Below are positions 13,834-25,490 of a stretch of DNA of 64,000 bases, piece after piece. The number at the start of each line of letters is the position of its first letter. Positions within the stretch are counted from its first letter, which is position 1. Below the pieces are notes generated by a model. The model was not told the DNA's origin, did no database searches, and was given only the letters and a program-made list of their open reading frames with translations. The translations under genes were made by a program, and so were the position numbers. Source of the DNA: Lama guanicoe (lineage: Eukaryota); the NCBI GenBank assembly GCA_013239625.1, contig MU054220.1:6246626-6310625 (forward strand), written 5' to 3'.

Positions 13834-14449
13834 CTTATAAACAGCAGGCATTTATTTGCCATGGTTCTATAGGCTGGGAAATCTAAGATCAAGACCCTGG
13901 CAGATTCAGTGGCTGGCGAGGGCTCACTTTTTGGTTCACAGACAGCTGCCTTCTGGCTGTGTCCTCACATGGTAGAAGGGGTCAGGGAGCTCCCTGAGGC
14001 CTCTTTTATCAGGGCACTAATTCTTTTCATGACACGTCCACCCTCACGACCTAATCACCTCCCAAAGGCCTCACTTTCATATACTGTTACATCCAGGATT
14101 AGGATTTCAGCATACACATTTGGTGGGGGTGGAGGGAGGAGCTGGGTGCACAGACCTTTGGTCCATAGCAGAAAGAATAGCCAGGCTTTCTTTTGCATTA
14201 TGTTTGCACTATTCCCCAAGTCTGCACCATTACCCCCTACCATTTCTATCTCATTTCTTCACATCCTTGAAGCCCCTGTATCCAAGCACTGGTACATCTA
14301 TGAAAAGTTTCCTTACATCTCCAGATTGTAGTTCTCTGAATTCTGAATTTAACTGTTTTTCTTCTTCACTGAAGGCAAGAGTTGTGTTTAGTAAACTTTC
14401 ATAAAGTCCTCTAGTGTATTATCCTCTGATGGGCAGTCAGTAAATTTAT

Positions 14450-14830
14450 TCTATAGTTAAAACCAATGTGTATTGAGTGATTAATTTTTTTCAGTCTCTG
14501 TTCTTGGAGCTGGGCATAATAGCAGGGACTCAGAGTAGAGTTTTCGCCTCCTCAAAGAGCTTACGTTCCAGTAGTGAGAGTCCTGGAATAAACATAAAAC
14601 AAATACATATATAACATGTGATGTGGTAATAAGTACGATAAAGATACAGTAGAGTTGGGAGATAGAAAGTACATGCATATGTCGTGGGGGGTTATGTAGG
14701 AGAAAGAAAAGAATTGTCCTTTTATGCAGAGTCGTTGGGCAAGATCTAATAAAATGAAGGTTAGATAGACACTGAGGGAAGATAGGGATTAAGCTGTGCA
14801 GATACATGTGGGGGAAAGCACTCTAGCATC
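14450..14830 (-). mobile_element. L2 LINE fragment
   Basis: TATTGAGTG...CCTCAAAGAGCTTACGTTCCAGTAG motif typical of the L2 3' region. Confidence 0.65.
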
Positions 14831-15449
14831 CCACACACCTTGGGATGAGCACCACATAGTTCTAAAGGAAAAAAAAAAGGGGAACAGATTATGCAGATGA
14901 AGAGAAATATTTCAAATACAGCAGACATTTATTTTCCTAAGGAAACCTTATGGTTAATTTAGAAGGATCTGATCATTTAGGCTGGGGAATAGACATTGCT
15001 TGGGAGCAGAAGGCAATGGTTTCTTTTACCTGTTGTTACAACCACGTAGGCTGACCTCTATTAAAGTGTCTCTGGGCAAGTGGCAAGACAGAATGGCTCT
15101 CCTAAGCTCTCCATCTAAAGAAGTATCCTCCTCATGACTGTCACATCGCCTCTGTCTTCTTGGTCTCAAAGATAGTTATAAGCGCAAAAGGTATCATTTC
15201 TAAATTTGATACTTGGAAAGGGCAAACATCACAGGTGTCACAAGCTTTGATAAAGAATGGATCTTGGGTTCCTGAGAAACAACACTGGGCTTCCTATTTA
15301 ATTAAAGTGACAGTGAAAGATTTTAAAATTAAACATAGGAGGTAACACAATGGTAAAGAATCTTAGTACTTTCAAAACTGAGAAGTCTTCAAGGAAATGA
15401 TAATGTCAACTTAAAGCACGGGAATTTTTCTTGTAAGACACAAGAATTT

Positions 15450-16800
15450 TTGCCTCCAAGGGCAGATTACTCAGAAGGTAAGCTTTTTACCGCCTCTCAG
15501 AGAAACCAATACTTTAAGAAAAATGCAAACATTATCTTGTAAATAAACCCATTATATAAACATTAGCCAGAACTGACCAATACAAAAAAAAACTTCCTTT
15601 TCATGAATCTTCTACAATTTCCTATATCTGTTCAGGTTCTTTTCCTTATACTTGCCTCCTCCTCATTTTGGAACAGTCATTTGACTCTAAGACAGATCTC
15701 CTCGCCTTTTTACCTTAACAGAATCACATCTCTCACAGTACAATTTCTCAAAATGGCAAAAATGAACACAGTCATTAACAAACAAAGATACATATGGGCC
15801 TCTCTGTACCATGTGAATATACTAGACAAAAAGTGTATAAACTTAAAATTATGCTCTGTAACTAACATTACAGTATTCTATCTTATTTAAAAATTATCTA
15901 GTTATCTAATGAATATTCATTAAGTAGCTCAATTTAGTAGCAGTCCAAGATTTTAAATTACTTAAAGATCCTGGAAATTATCTTCAAAATTACATACTAC
16001 AAAATATAATTACTGTTGAAATAAAGTTTGTCAGAATAATGATTCAATTTGGTTGAAACCAAATTTAAATTTTTTATCATCTTAAGCTGTAAGTAGAAAT
16101 AATGCTAGCTCATTTTATTAGAAAAACTTAGTTTAGAAAGAAAATATTCAAGTAGAATAAAAATGTGTACTTGCATTATACTGATAACACTGATAACACA
16201 GATAAAACATAGTTCTTTGTATTAAACCAAAATTATTAAACTAATTTGGTTTGACAGAGTAGGTGAATGTAAATTCTTAAAATGTTTCTAAGTTACTTTC
16301 TATGAGAATACCTCTTTTTTTCACATTGAAATTGAGATTCAATTTTTCTAATTTCTTAAATATTGAGAATGACCAACTATATAAATACTTATCTCTAAGC
16401 CAATCACAGTAGACCTCCTTTAATGTAAGGGATTTAAAATTTAATTGATTAATATTATCCAGAGATAGGAAAATATTACATATTCACATAATTAGAGGAA
16501 AAGACTTCTGAATTACAGATGTATACAGTTGTAGACAGGCACAGAGAGCTTATAGTTTTAATTCTAAAATTTCAGTCATAAGTCAGGCATACACAAACAA
16601 CTACAAAGTTCACAGGTTCACTCCAAAGGCCTGGTCTCTTCTTAGTGGATGTAGTTTATTTGAGTTCAAAATACACCAACTGAAAAGAACAGTAAAACCA
16701 GATTCTCTGTCTTCTTTCACCCAACAAAGACAAGATCTCTATAAATCATCAATCTCTTTATAACAATCAACAGATGGTCAAATCAGGTAGAAGGGAGAAT
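15450..16800. mobile_element. Probable degenerate ERV1 (MER4-group-like) internal sequence
   Basis: AT-rich block with motifs resembling non-coding ERV1 internal regions (AAATTACTTAAAGATCCTGGAAATTATCTT). No ORF remains. Confidence 0.4.
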
Positions 16801-16989
16801 CATCCAGGAGTCTTATGGGAGTCATGAGGAAAGATGAAGTTAAATCTTATCTCAGAATGTTGATGACAGAGTGGTCCTTTGAAATTAGCCAGTTCCCAAA
16901 ACTTGAAAGATCAGGGGTAGGATTTCTTATTCATTGCTTTTCCAGAAGCAAAGCTGCTCAGGTGAGTTTCAACATTGTTAACAGCTCTT

Positions 16990-17135
16990 TTAAGTTGATT
17001 GTATGATAACTGTCATATTCTCGATGAGGAAACTGAGGCATAAAGAGGTTAGATAACTTGCCCAAATTCACATAGTTGCTGTGGGAATAAAACTCTGGAA
17101 ATCTCACCCTAAAGTTCATGCTGTCAGCCAACATG
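16990..17135 (-). mobile_element. MIR SINE
   Basis: GATGAGGAAACTGAGGCATAAAGAGGTTAGATAACTTGCCCAAATTCACA. Confidence 0.85.
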
Positions 17136-18359
17136 CTCCTACACGAAGGCTCTAAGGGTTTACCACAAGATTGAAGACTTTTTCTACCCAGTCCATCACT
17201 ATTTCCCCAAAGAATGGTCCTCAGTAAATATTTGGTGGATGGATAAGTGAAAGAAGAATGATCCATAAACAGTGAAAGAAAGAATAAAGAGTGAGGCAGA
17301 CAAATGAACACATAGAGAGAAATGGAGAGAAAAAAGTGACAAAGTAAATGTTTCCTTTTTCTACTCCTGGAGGTGTACATTGTTCCTGCCTCCCCTAGAC
17401 ACAAAGGGAAGAAGTCCTCACTTAGACTATTGTTTTCCAATTGTCCAATCACTCCCAGGAAAAATTTTAAATCATTTTAGAGGTATGCATTAATTACCTC
17501 CAAGGACAGAAAATGTAAATAATCTAACACTGTTGCTAATTAAAACTAGAAAGCATTGACCAACTTGGAAGTTTAATCACCTATTTTCCTGTCAATAATT
17601 ATTTGAGATAACTACTGTTTCCTTCTGCATTTGGATTCTGTTAAAGGCAGATGTTCTATCATATTCTTCTTTGTATTTTCCACTTTACATAGCACCTGAG
17701 ACATAGTAGGAATCCAATGAAATGTTTAATTGAATAAGAAAAATAAAACTTTGTGAAGCTTCCTCTCCCTTTGAAATAAGAGGACGTGAGAATTAATTCT
17801 AGTTAATGTGATCTAAGTACAACCAAAATAGACTGACAATATAATACGTTTATTATAACTTCCCAGGAAAGTTTGCAATGACTTGCAGTTTGGGATCAAG
17901 ATTTATACTTGAAACTGTATTATAAACCACAAAACATGCAAACACACATGTAGAAATACAACTGAATTGAGCTGGTGAAATATTTTAGTACCACTGATCT
18001 CAGCTATTCCCACTTAGATAGATTTTTGTACACTGAGCTGGAACAGAATCCAGAGAAAGGATTCATCTAAGTTAAAAAAAATAGAACTATTAAAATATTG
18101 GATTTATTTTTATGATAACCACATGTTCTACTAACTTCAAGTTACTACTCTTAATATTCTTGATACAGTGGGATGGTCTAGTTCTAGCTAACTCTGGTCC
18201 TTGCCCTGGTTATCCACTATGGTACTTGTTGAATATTTCTTTCAGAGTCCTAATTGAGTTGGACCTACTTTGGCTTTATTCTTACATATTCCTTCAATTT
18301 GAAAATGACTCTTTTAATAAAATAATTTGCATCTTATTCCTTGTCAGAATATCCTTAGT

Positions 18360-18570
18360 GATATTTATAATGGTATTTGGTAGTGTTTATAGTGGTACTT
18401 ATAAAGCTTTTATATGCATCATCATATTTGATGCCTGTCATAAGTCTGTGATACAAGTAATTCATTACAACCATTTGGCTTTTGATAAGAAAATGAAAGA
18501 AAGAGAGAGAGAGAATCTAATGTCTCAGAGTTACTATGCCTTGGAGATTTGACTCCTGGTTCAGTGATCA
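18360..18570 (-). mobile_element. MIR fragment
   Basis: Degenerate MIR layout ending GATTTGACTCCTGG. Confidence 0.5.
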
Positions 18571-20794
18571 TATTAATATAATGACCCAGTTGGCTTGTAC
18601 TCATACTTTTAAAAAGCTACACAATTAACAAACCAGCCAGGGATTGTTCTCCATAAAAATGTACCATGATTTAGAAGATGCTATTTGGAACGAATGGAAG
18701 CTCAGCTGTCTCTACCTGTTAGGGATGGGAGGTGAAGCGGGTTCTCCCTCATGTTTTCTAAAAATTAAAGTCCCAACCTATGTGAAAATCACATATTCTA
18801 ACCTGTGACACTTTTCACTATTCCTCTTCAGTCTGAAATGTTCCCCAGAAACAATAATGTCCTTAGAATTTCTTGGTCTACTGTATCACTGACAATTTGA
18901 AATGCCTTATACTCTTCTAGTAGGAGATATGAAATGAAATTTTGATAGCAAAATCTACCCTCTGGCTCTTAAGAATAATGGGGAAGTGGCAACCATAGAC
19001 CAAAGATAGACATTGGAAGAAAATATTTTGGCAATAATCAGCTTTGGGGATTTAATATATAGATGGACCTTTCAGAATAAGCTGAGGACGAACAGTTGAC
19101 TAATTCATTGTAAGGACAAAAGAAAGGCAGATAAATGGTTTCCAAATTTTTTTTTCCACAGCCACACCACAGGTTGAACAAGGAAGCTGTATAGGGGAGG
19201 CTTTTTCTCCCTCTCATGACCAAAATTCACTTCTTTTTTGGTAACTAAGTATAGACCTGTAGCCATTCAAGCTATCGTGTCTTTTCCACAAGCACCAGTT
19301 TTAAAGCTGAAAAGAATGGACAAAATAATATCATACACCTGTTCTTCTGGAAACTGCTTCTGAAGGAGGGTGAGCAAATAAGAATGACCAAAATAATGGA
19401 GATCCCGGGTGAGCACCCACAGTGAGTGGATGGTTTCACACAAGGAGAAAGAGTCTGTATCCACACAGATGGGTGCAATAGTTTGTGTACGTGCAGGTAC
19501 AAACATCATTCAACGTTCTTAAGTTAGAGGAAAATATTTACTTTCTGTTTTTCCTAAATCCTAAAGCTAAGAATTAGCATCTCTATTTTTATTGGCCAAC
19601 ATGACAGTGCTATTTGGACTATTAAAGAGCCAGAAGCATAATTAAATTGTAAGCACCATCTTTTATGGAAGTATGTTGAAACAGTTATAATACTAAAGAC
19701 CAAAAAACTTGCCACCCACCTCAGCTGCCACAGTGTCAACCTATGCTGAGTCACAAGTAAGTTCAGGAGAATCTCCAAAAATGTGCCTATAATTATTAGC
19801 CTTTGATGCCAAAACCCCATGGGAAAAACCTCCCAAGCCTTGGTGAGTGTGGCTGGAAGGGTTCGACCATGCATAAGGCCCATTATCTACTTCTATTCCT
19901 TTGGCCAGATGTTTACATTAAATAAATTTAAGTGGTTTACTTTTCCCCTTCCTTATGGTGAGGAGAAGCTACAAAAAGAAATCCATGGAAGCAAGTGCCC
20001 CCCTTCTCCCTCCCCAGCACACATAACTTCCTAAGGCCTTCAAAGGGCTGACTTAAGACAACCAGCCAAGGCCTGGAGTGAAGTAAGGACAAATACATCC
20101 ATTATCCAGTGAGAGGTAAACATCACCCCAAGAAGAATGTCAAGAGAAAAAGGAATACAAAGAATACACAATTAAAACAAGATATTCTGTATTACATAAA
20201 AGCTCCAACTCCTAGCATCATAGCTAGTTTGCTAGATTCGAGTACGTATATTTTTCCCTCTGAGGAGAAATAAAATCAGATACCTTGGACTCTAGTAGTT
20301 AGAGACACTATTTTTTAAAAAACTAATTTTGTCTACTTCAAAGCTTAATTACTCCCTGCAGCCAGTGTGTCTCTTTGTTCTCAGATGTGTATTCTCATTG
20401 AAGAAGTTGAATTTACAATAGACTCCTGAAATATTTCAATACTAGCTTCTTCCAAATGTTTCCTCCCAAAGAAATTTTTTTTTTAATCTTAGAAGTTAGA
20501 AACACCTTTTTAAATGTAGAAATTTGTCCTCAGAGCTGCTGAAACTTTAATTCTTAGAGTGAGCCATTACCTTTATACCCCCTTTCTTTCTTATAGGAAG
20601 AAACTGGTGGAGTACATTAGCAATTGGAAGTCGAAGGAAGTAGAGGAAATTCAGAATATACATGAGTATGTGCCTATTTCCTGATCTGCTCAGTGAGGGG
20701 TGCTTTCTGGCTGAATCTGATGATGAAGTAAGGGCAAATTTCTAGTTTCATTAGAGGCATGCGTATGCAGAGTCCTTGGGGGAGGGCGTGGCCA

Positions 20795-21172
20795 TCATTA
20801 GCAGTGTACCCAGATGTTTCTGGCGCTCTGTTTTCTATGAACATGGTAGAATTGTGTTTTTTCCATCCCTTTAAAATTAGATGAGGAAATACAACTTGTT
20901 TTAATAAATAGAATATGGATAGAAGTCATATGTGTCACCTCTTGGCAGAAACTTTTGAAGACTGTGTTATCTGCAATATTTTCTTGCCCATTCAAAATGG
21001 TTGTGAAATCACTTGCCACGGTGAAGTTTTGTGAGCTGAGACCCTGAGTTACTACCATGAGTTGTGCCCTTTTGCCGACCTGCAAAGTACACACTGATTG
21101 AGCAAGTTGTTTGGTTGTTTGGTAGGGTTTTGTTGTTACCAAAACATAACCTCCTTTATTCTGATGACAACA
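20795..21172. mobile_element. Old MaLR LTR (MLT1I/J-like)
   Basis: AGAAGTCATATGTGTCACCTCTTGGCAGAA...TTGTTACCAAAACATAACCT...CTGA. Confidence 0.65.
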
Positions 21173-21219
21173 GGTAGGGATTTGAAAACTCTTCTCCTTA
21201 CAGTGCCAAGACTGAGTGG

Positions 21220-21425
21220 TAATGTCACCTGTGGACTTTGGGTGATAATGATGTGTTAATGTAGGTTCAGTGATTGTAACAAATGTACCATCTGGTGGGG
21301 ATGTTGATAATGGAGGAGGCTATGCACTTGTCAGGGTAGGGAGTATACGGGAAATCTCTAAACCTCCCCCTCAATTTTGCTGTCATCTGGAAAATGGTCT
21401 AGAAGAGTAAATCTTAAAAAAATTT
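21220..21425 (+). mobile_element. L1MC-like 3' end
   Basis: GGACTTTGGGTGATAATGATGTGT...TGTAACAAATGTACCA...GGGATGTTGATAATGG...GGGAAATCTCT. Confidence 0.85.
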
Positions 21426-21649
21426 TTTTCTTCAGTATCTAGCATCATCATGTTAAGGTGATGAAGTTTTGAAAGCAGTCCCTATAGGGCAAAGCACTAG
21501 CTCTGAGCATCTACCTACTATCAACAATAAACCATATTAGTTATCTTTCGGGTCAGTCTCTCAGGACTCTCCACATCACATACCAGAGACACAGTGTGTA
21601 AAAGAGTAAGCGACAAACTAGCTAATGAGTCCTTTTTGTCACGGGATCA

Positions 21650-21880
21650 GCCTTGTTCCTGACGAAGGTCTTGACACTTGCACTCTCTCTCTCTGCGTGG
21701 AATGTACTCCCCCCAGATCGCTGCGTGGCTGGCTCTTCATCATTCATGTATCAGTGCCCATGTCACTCCTTGAGACAGATTTGTTGACTATACTACCTAC
21801 TATCATCCTCTATCCTGTCACTGTCTACCATATAAACTCTTTCAGTTTCTTTACAGCTCTTCAACCACCTAGGGTATTTC

Positions 21881-21915
<35 letters not shown>

Positions 21916-22075
21916 GGTGTGGTGTGGTTATTTGTTACTATAATATGTTGCCAGTAGAATGAAGGCTCCCTAATTGCAAAGATGCAGTCTCTCTGATTCA
22001 TTACTGTGTTCCCAGCTCAAAGAACAGGGATGGGTATCAAATAGGTTGTCATATAATTTTTTTTGTTTGAATGGG
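21650..22075 (+). mobile_element. L2 LINE 3' fragment
   Basis: TAGAATGAAGGCTCCC...TGATTCATTACTGTGTTCCCAGC...TTTGAATG tail. Confidence 0.7.
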
Positions 22076-22125
22076 TAGAAACCTCCAGCCAAACCAGATT
22101 AAGAGGGAATAGATTTGCCCTCACT

Positions 22126-22179
22126 TTTTTTAAAAATATTTTTTATTAATTTATAATCATTTTACAATGTTGTGTCAAA
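22126..22179 (-). mobile_element. Extremely truncated young L1 3' terminus (~55 bp)
   Basis: Reverse complement reads TTTGACACAACATTGTAAAATGATTATAAATTAATAAAAAATATTTTTAAAAAA. TSD TTGCCCTCACT at 22115-22125 and 22180-22190. Confidence 0.85.
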
Positions 22180-22199
22180 TTGCCCTCACTCTTTAAACA

Positions 22200-25100
22200 A
22201 GTACAACTGAACAAAATATTTAAAAGAATAGTTTCATTGGACCACAGTCATCACTGGATAGTAAACCCTGAGGGCAGGGACATAAATGAGGTAAGTCCTA
22301 CCAGTCCCCCAGTTAACTCCGAGGAGAGGGTTTCTAGACCATATAATAGGAAGAGAAGCCCAAGTGGGGCCCAGAAGTTGCCCTGAGTTGAAGAAGAAGG
22401 GATGAACCCAACTAGAGTCCACAGGGCAGCGCATGGGTAGGAATGTGCTGCAGAGTGAGAAAGCTCTGAAGGTCTGCAGAAGGTCCTTACCGGTTTTTAG
22501 CTCAGGACTCATCAGAGGACGTGGATGAGGAAACGACAATACCAGGGAAAGAATCACTTAAAAGAGCAGGGAGAACAATCCCCAAGGCTCACACAAGGCC
22601 AGGAACACTTTATGTTCCTGCCAGTCAGAGCGGGAAAAAGCCGTAACAGATGGGGCGTCAGGTGGAGCGTGCAGAAGGGCATCATCGCCTTCGTAGTGGG
22701 GAGAAGTTATCCTCAGACTAAAGGCTCTTCTGATTCTGCCTAAGAAAGCTTAAAAGTAAGGAACCAAAAAGCTCAAACATTTCCCAAATATCTGTGTTCC
22801 AAAACAGGTGTCATGAATAGCTAAAAACATATCCAGTGGGATAACAAAATTCCTGACATAAAATCAAAATTATTAGGCATGCACAGAAGCAGTAATCCAC
22901 AACATACAGTGAGAGGGGAAAAAACAATCAATTGAAACCAATCTAGAAAGAATGCAGATGAAAGACATAGTAGACAGGATATTAAAATACATATTTTAAT
23001 TATATTTTATATTTTCAAGAAAGTTGATAAAACATAGGCATGTTAAGGAGACTAAGGAGAATATAAAAGAAGACCCAAAATGAACTTTTATAGATGGAAA
23101 CTATAGAATCTGAAGTAACAGAATACACAACATTGGATTAATAGAATATTTGATGCTACAGAAGCAGATGAGTGTTCAGTCATCCCTCAGTATCCACAGG
23201 GAACTGGTTCCAGGAGCCCCCACAGATACAAAATCCATGGACACTCAAGTCCCTTATATAAAACGAAGTCATAATATAAATACAGTTGGCCCTCTGTATT
23301 TAAGGATTTCTTATCTGCATATTCAACCAACCACAGAATCTGTGGAATCCGTGGTTGGTTTTATCTGTGGGTGCAAAACTCATGGATATTGAGGGCTGAC
23401 TGTACTTAAGGAGTTAGTAATAGAAATGATCTAAATGAAACAGAAAAAAACCTGAAAGACAAAAGGAAATCAGTGGAGATGTGGGACAATGTTAAAGTGG
23501 CAGGCTGAGTAACAGACATGTAAATTGAGGTCACCAACATAGAGGGGACAGGAGCAGAAAAAACATGAAGAAATGAGAAAATTTTTCTGATTTTGATGGA
23601 AGTAATAAATTCAGGATTCAAGAAGCCCAGTGAAACCTAAGCAGTTAGAAATCAGAAAGAGGGAAGAAAACAAACAAAAAAAACCCGAAAACAATCTCAG
23701 CGTAGCCAGAGTAAGAAGAACCATTATGTGGAGAAGATAAGAAGACAGTGGGTCAAATCCTTTTTTTAGATATACAAAAGCTGAAAAACTTCACCACCAG
23801 CACCTCCCAAATATGTTAAAGGAAGTCCTTCCAGCAGGAGGAAAATGATGCCAGATGGAAGTCTGTAACTATGCATATGAATGAAGAGCACTGGGAATGA
23901 TAATTATATGTAGGTAAATATAAATATCTTTCTTATTTTGAAGTCCTGTTAAAAGATCATTTGACTCTTTTAAAATGACAGTATCAATTTATTGTTGAGT
24001 TTATAACAAATGTGGAAAAATGTATGACAATAAAGCACAAAGCCCAGGAGAGGGGAAATTGATGTATAATGTATATTTATGGTGTACATGAAGTGGGAGA
24101 ATATGACCTGATGACAGGCTGTGATCATTTAAGGTATGTACTGTAAATCCTAAAGCAAGTGCGCCCCAAAAGAAAGAAAGACAATGAAGCAAAGAAGTAT
24201 AGAAAATAAAGCAACAAATGAGCCAAATTGGAATTATTTTTTAAAAAATAAATGGAAATAGCAGAATAAACATGTAGAGCAGAAATGGCAAGATGGTAGA
24301 TTTTAATCAGTCTTTATTCATAGTCCCAATAAATTTAAATGGTTCAACCATCTTTGAATTAAAAGTCAGATATTGTCAGATTGGGAAAAAAATAAAAAAG
24401 CAAGACATAACTATATCTTGCCTGGAACAAACCTGAATTAAATAAAAAGATACAAATAAGGGTGCAGAAAGAGGTACACTGCTAATCCTAATCCAAAGAA
24501 AGCTGAAGTGGCTGTGTTAATGCCACATAAATTAGATTTTATTAAAAGAATATTACCAGGGACAAAGGGGCCATTTCATAACTATGAAGGATTAATTTAT
24601 CAGAGGGCATATTAAATCCTCAATACCTATGACCTAGTAACAGAGTTTCAAAATGCACAGAATAAAAACATAAAATTGATAAATAAATCCACAATTACAG
24701 TGAATATTTGAAATAATAGAGTAAGTAGATGGAAACTGTCTATACACGCATAGACAGACTGAACGGCGTTGTCACACAAATTGTTCCTAATGGACGTTCA
24801 CAAAACATCCCACCCAACAGCTCGAGGACAGGCATGATTTCTAAGAGCACACATACTGTTCACCAGATTAGGCCATAAAACAAGTCTATAAATGTAACAC
24901 GATTTAAATCAAAGAAATAGTATTTTCTGATCTCAAAATGGAATTAATTAACATTAGAAATCAATAACAGAAAGATATCTGGAAAATCCCCAAATAATTG
25001 TAAACAAAGTAACACATATGAATAAACCACAGGTTAAAGAAGCCAAAAGCAAAATTAAAAACTTTTTAACAGAATGAAAAAGAAACCGCACATATCAGAA

Positions 25101-25490
25101 TTTGTGAAATACAGCCTAAGAAGATTTTAGAGGCCAATTTATTGCAGTAAATGCCTGCATTAGAAAAGAATGATCTCAAATCAATGGCCTATGCTTCTAT
25201 TTTAAGAAAGTAGAGTCAATGGAATCCAAAAAAAAAAAATTAAAAAAAGAATAATAAAGATAAGAGCAGAAATCAGTGAAATAAAAAAATACAGATAAAA
25301 TTAACTGTGAACAAAAAGTTGGCTTTTTGAGAGGATCAATAAAATTGGTAGACCTCTAGCCGGACTGATTAAAAAAAAAGAGTGAATGCACAAATTTTCA
25401 ATATCAGGAATGAGAGAGGGGATAATCACTGTAGATCATACAGATATTAAAAGGATAATAAAGAATTATTATGAATTAGTGAATAACTAA
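22200..25490 (+). mobile_element. Old L1 5' portion (5'UTR, decayed ORF1, inter-ORF, ORF2 endonuclease region)
   Basis: A-rich sense strand with L1 motifs: AAGAAAGCTGAAGTGGCT, GGCCATAAAACAAGTCT, TAGAAATCAATAACAG, GGCTTTTTGAGAGGATCAATAAAATTGGTAGACCTCTAGC. Confidence 0.85.
23177..23402. mobile_element. MER2/Tigger-type Tc1-mariner MITE inserted in the L1
   Basis: TIRs CAGTCATCCCTCAGTATCCA and (reverse complement) CAGTCAGCCCTCAATATCCA, with TA after the right end. Confidence 0.9.

Larger units (their letters stand above)
12826..14170. mobile_element. MLT1A-like MaLR LTR split by a MER21-like LTR (pieces 12826-12878 and 13834-14170)
   Basis: TGTCTTAGTCTATTTGGACTGCTAT...GCTTAT rejoins AAACAGCAGGCATTTATT...GTGTCCTCACATGGTAGAAGGG...CACCTCCCAAAGGCC...TCCATAGCA. 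Confidence 0.88.

Noticed and set aside
13909..14331. 140-aa ORF
   Set aside because: It lies largely within the MLT1A LTR and has a non-ATG start.
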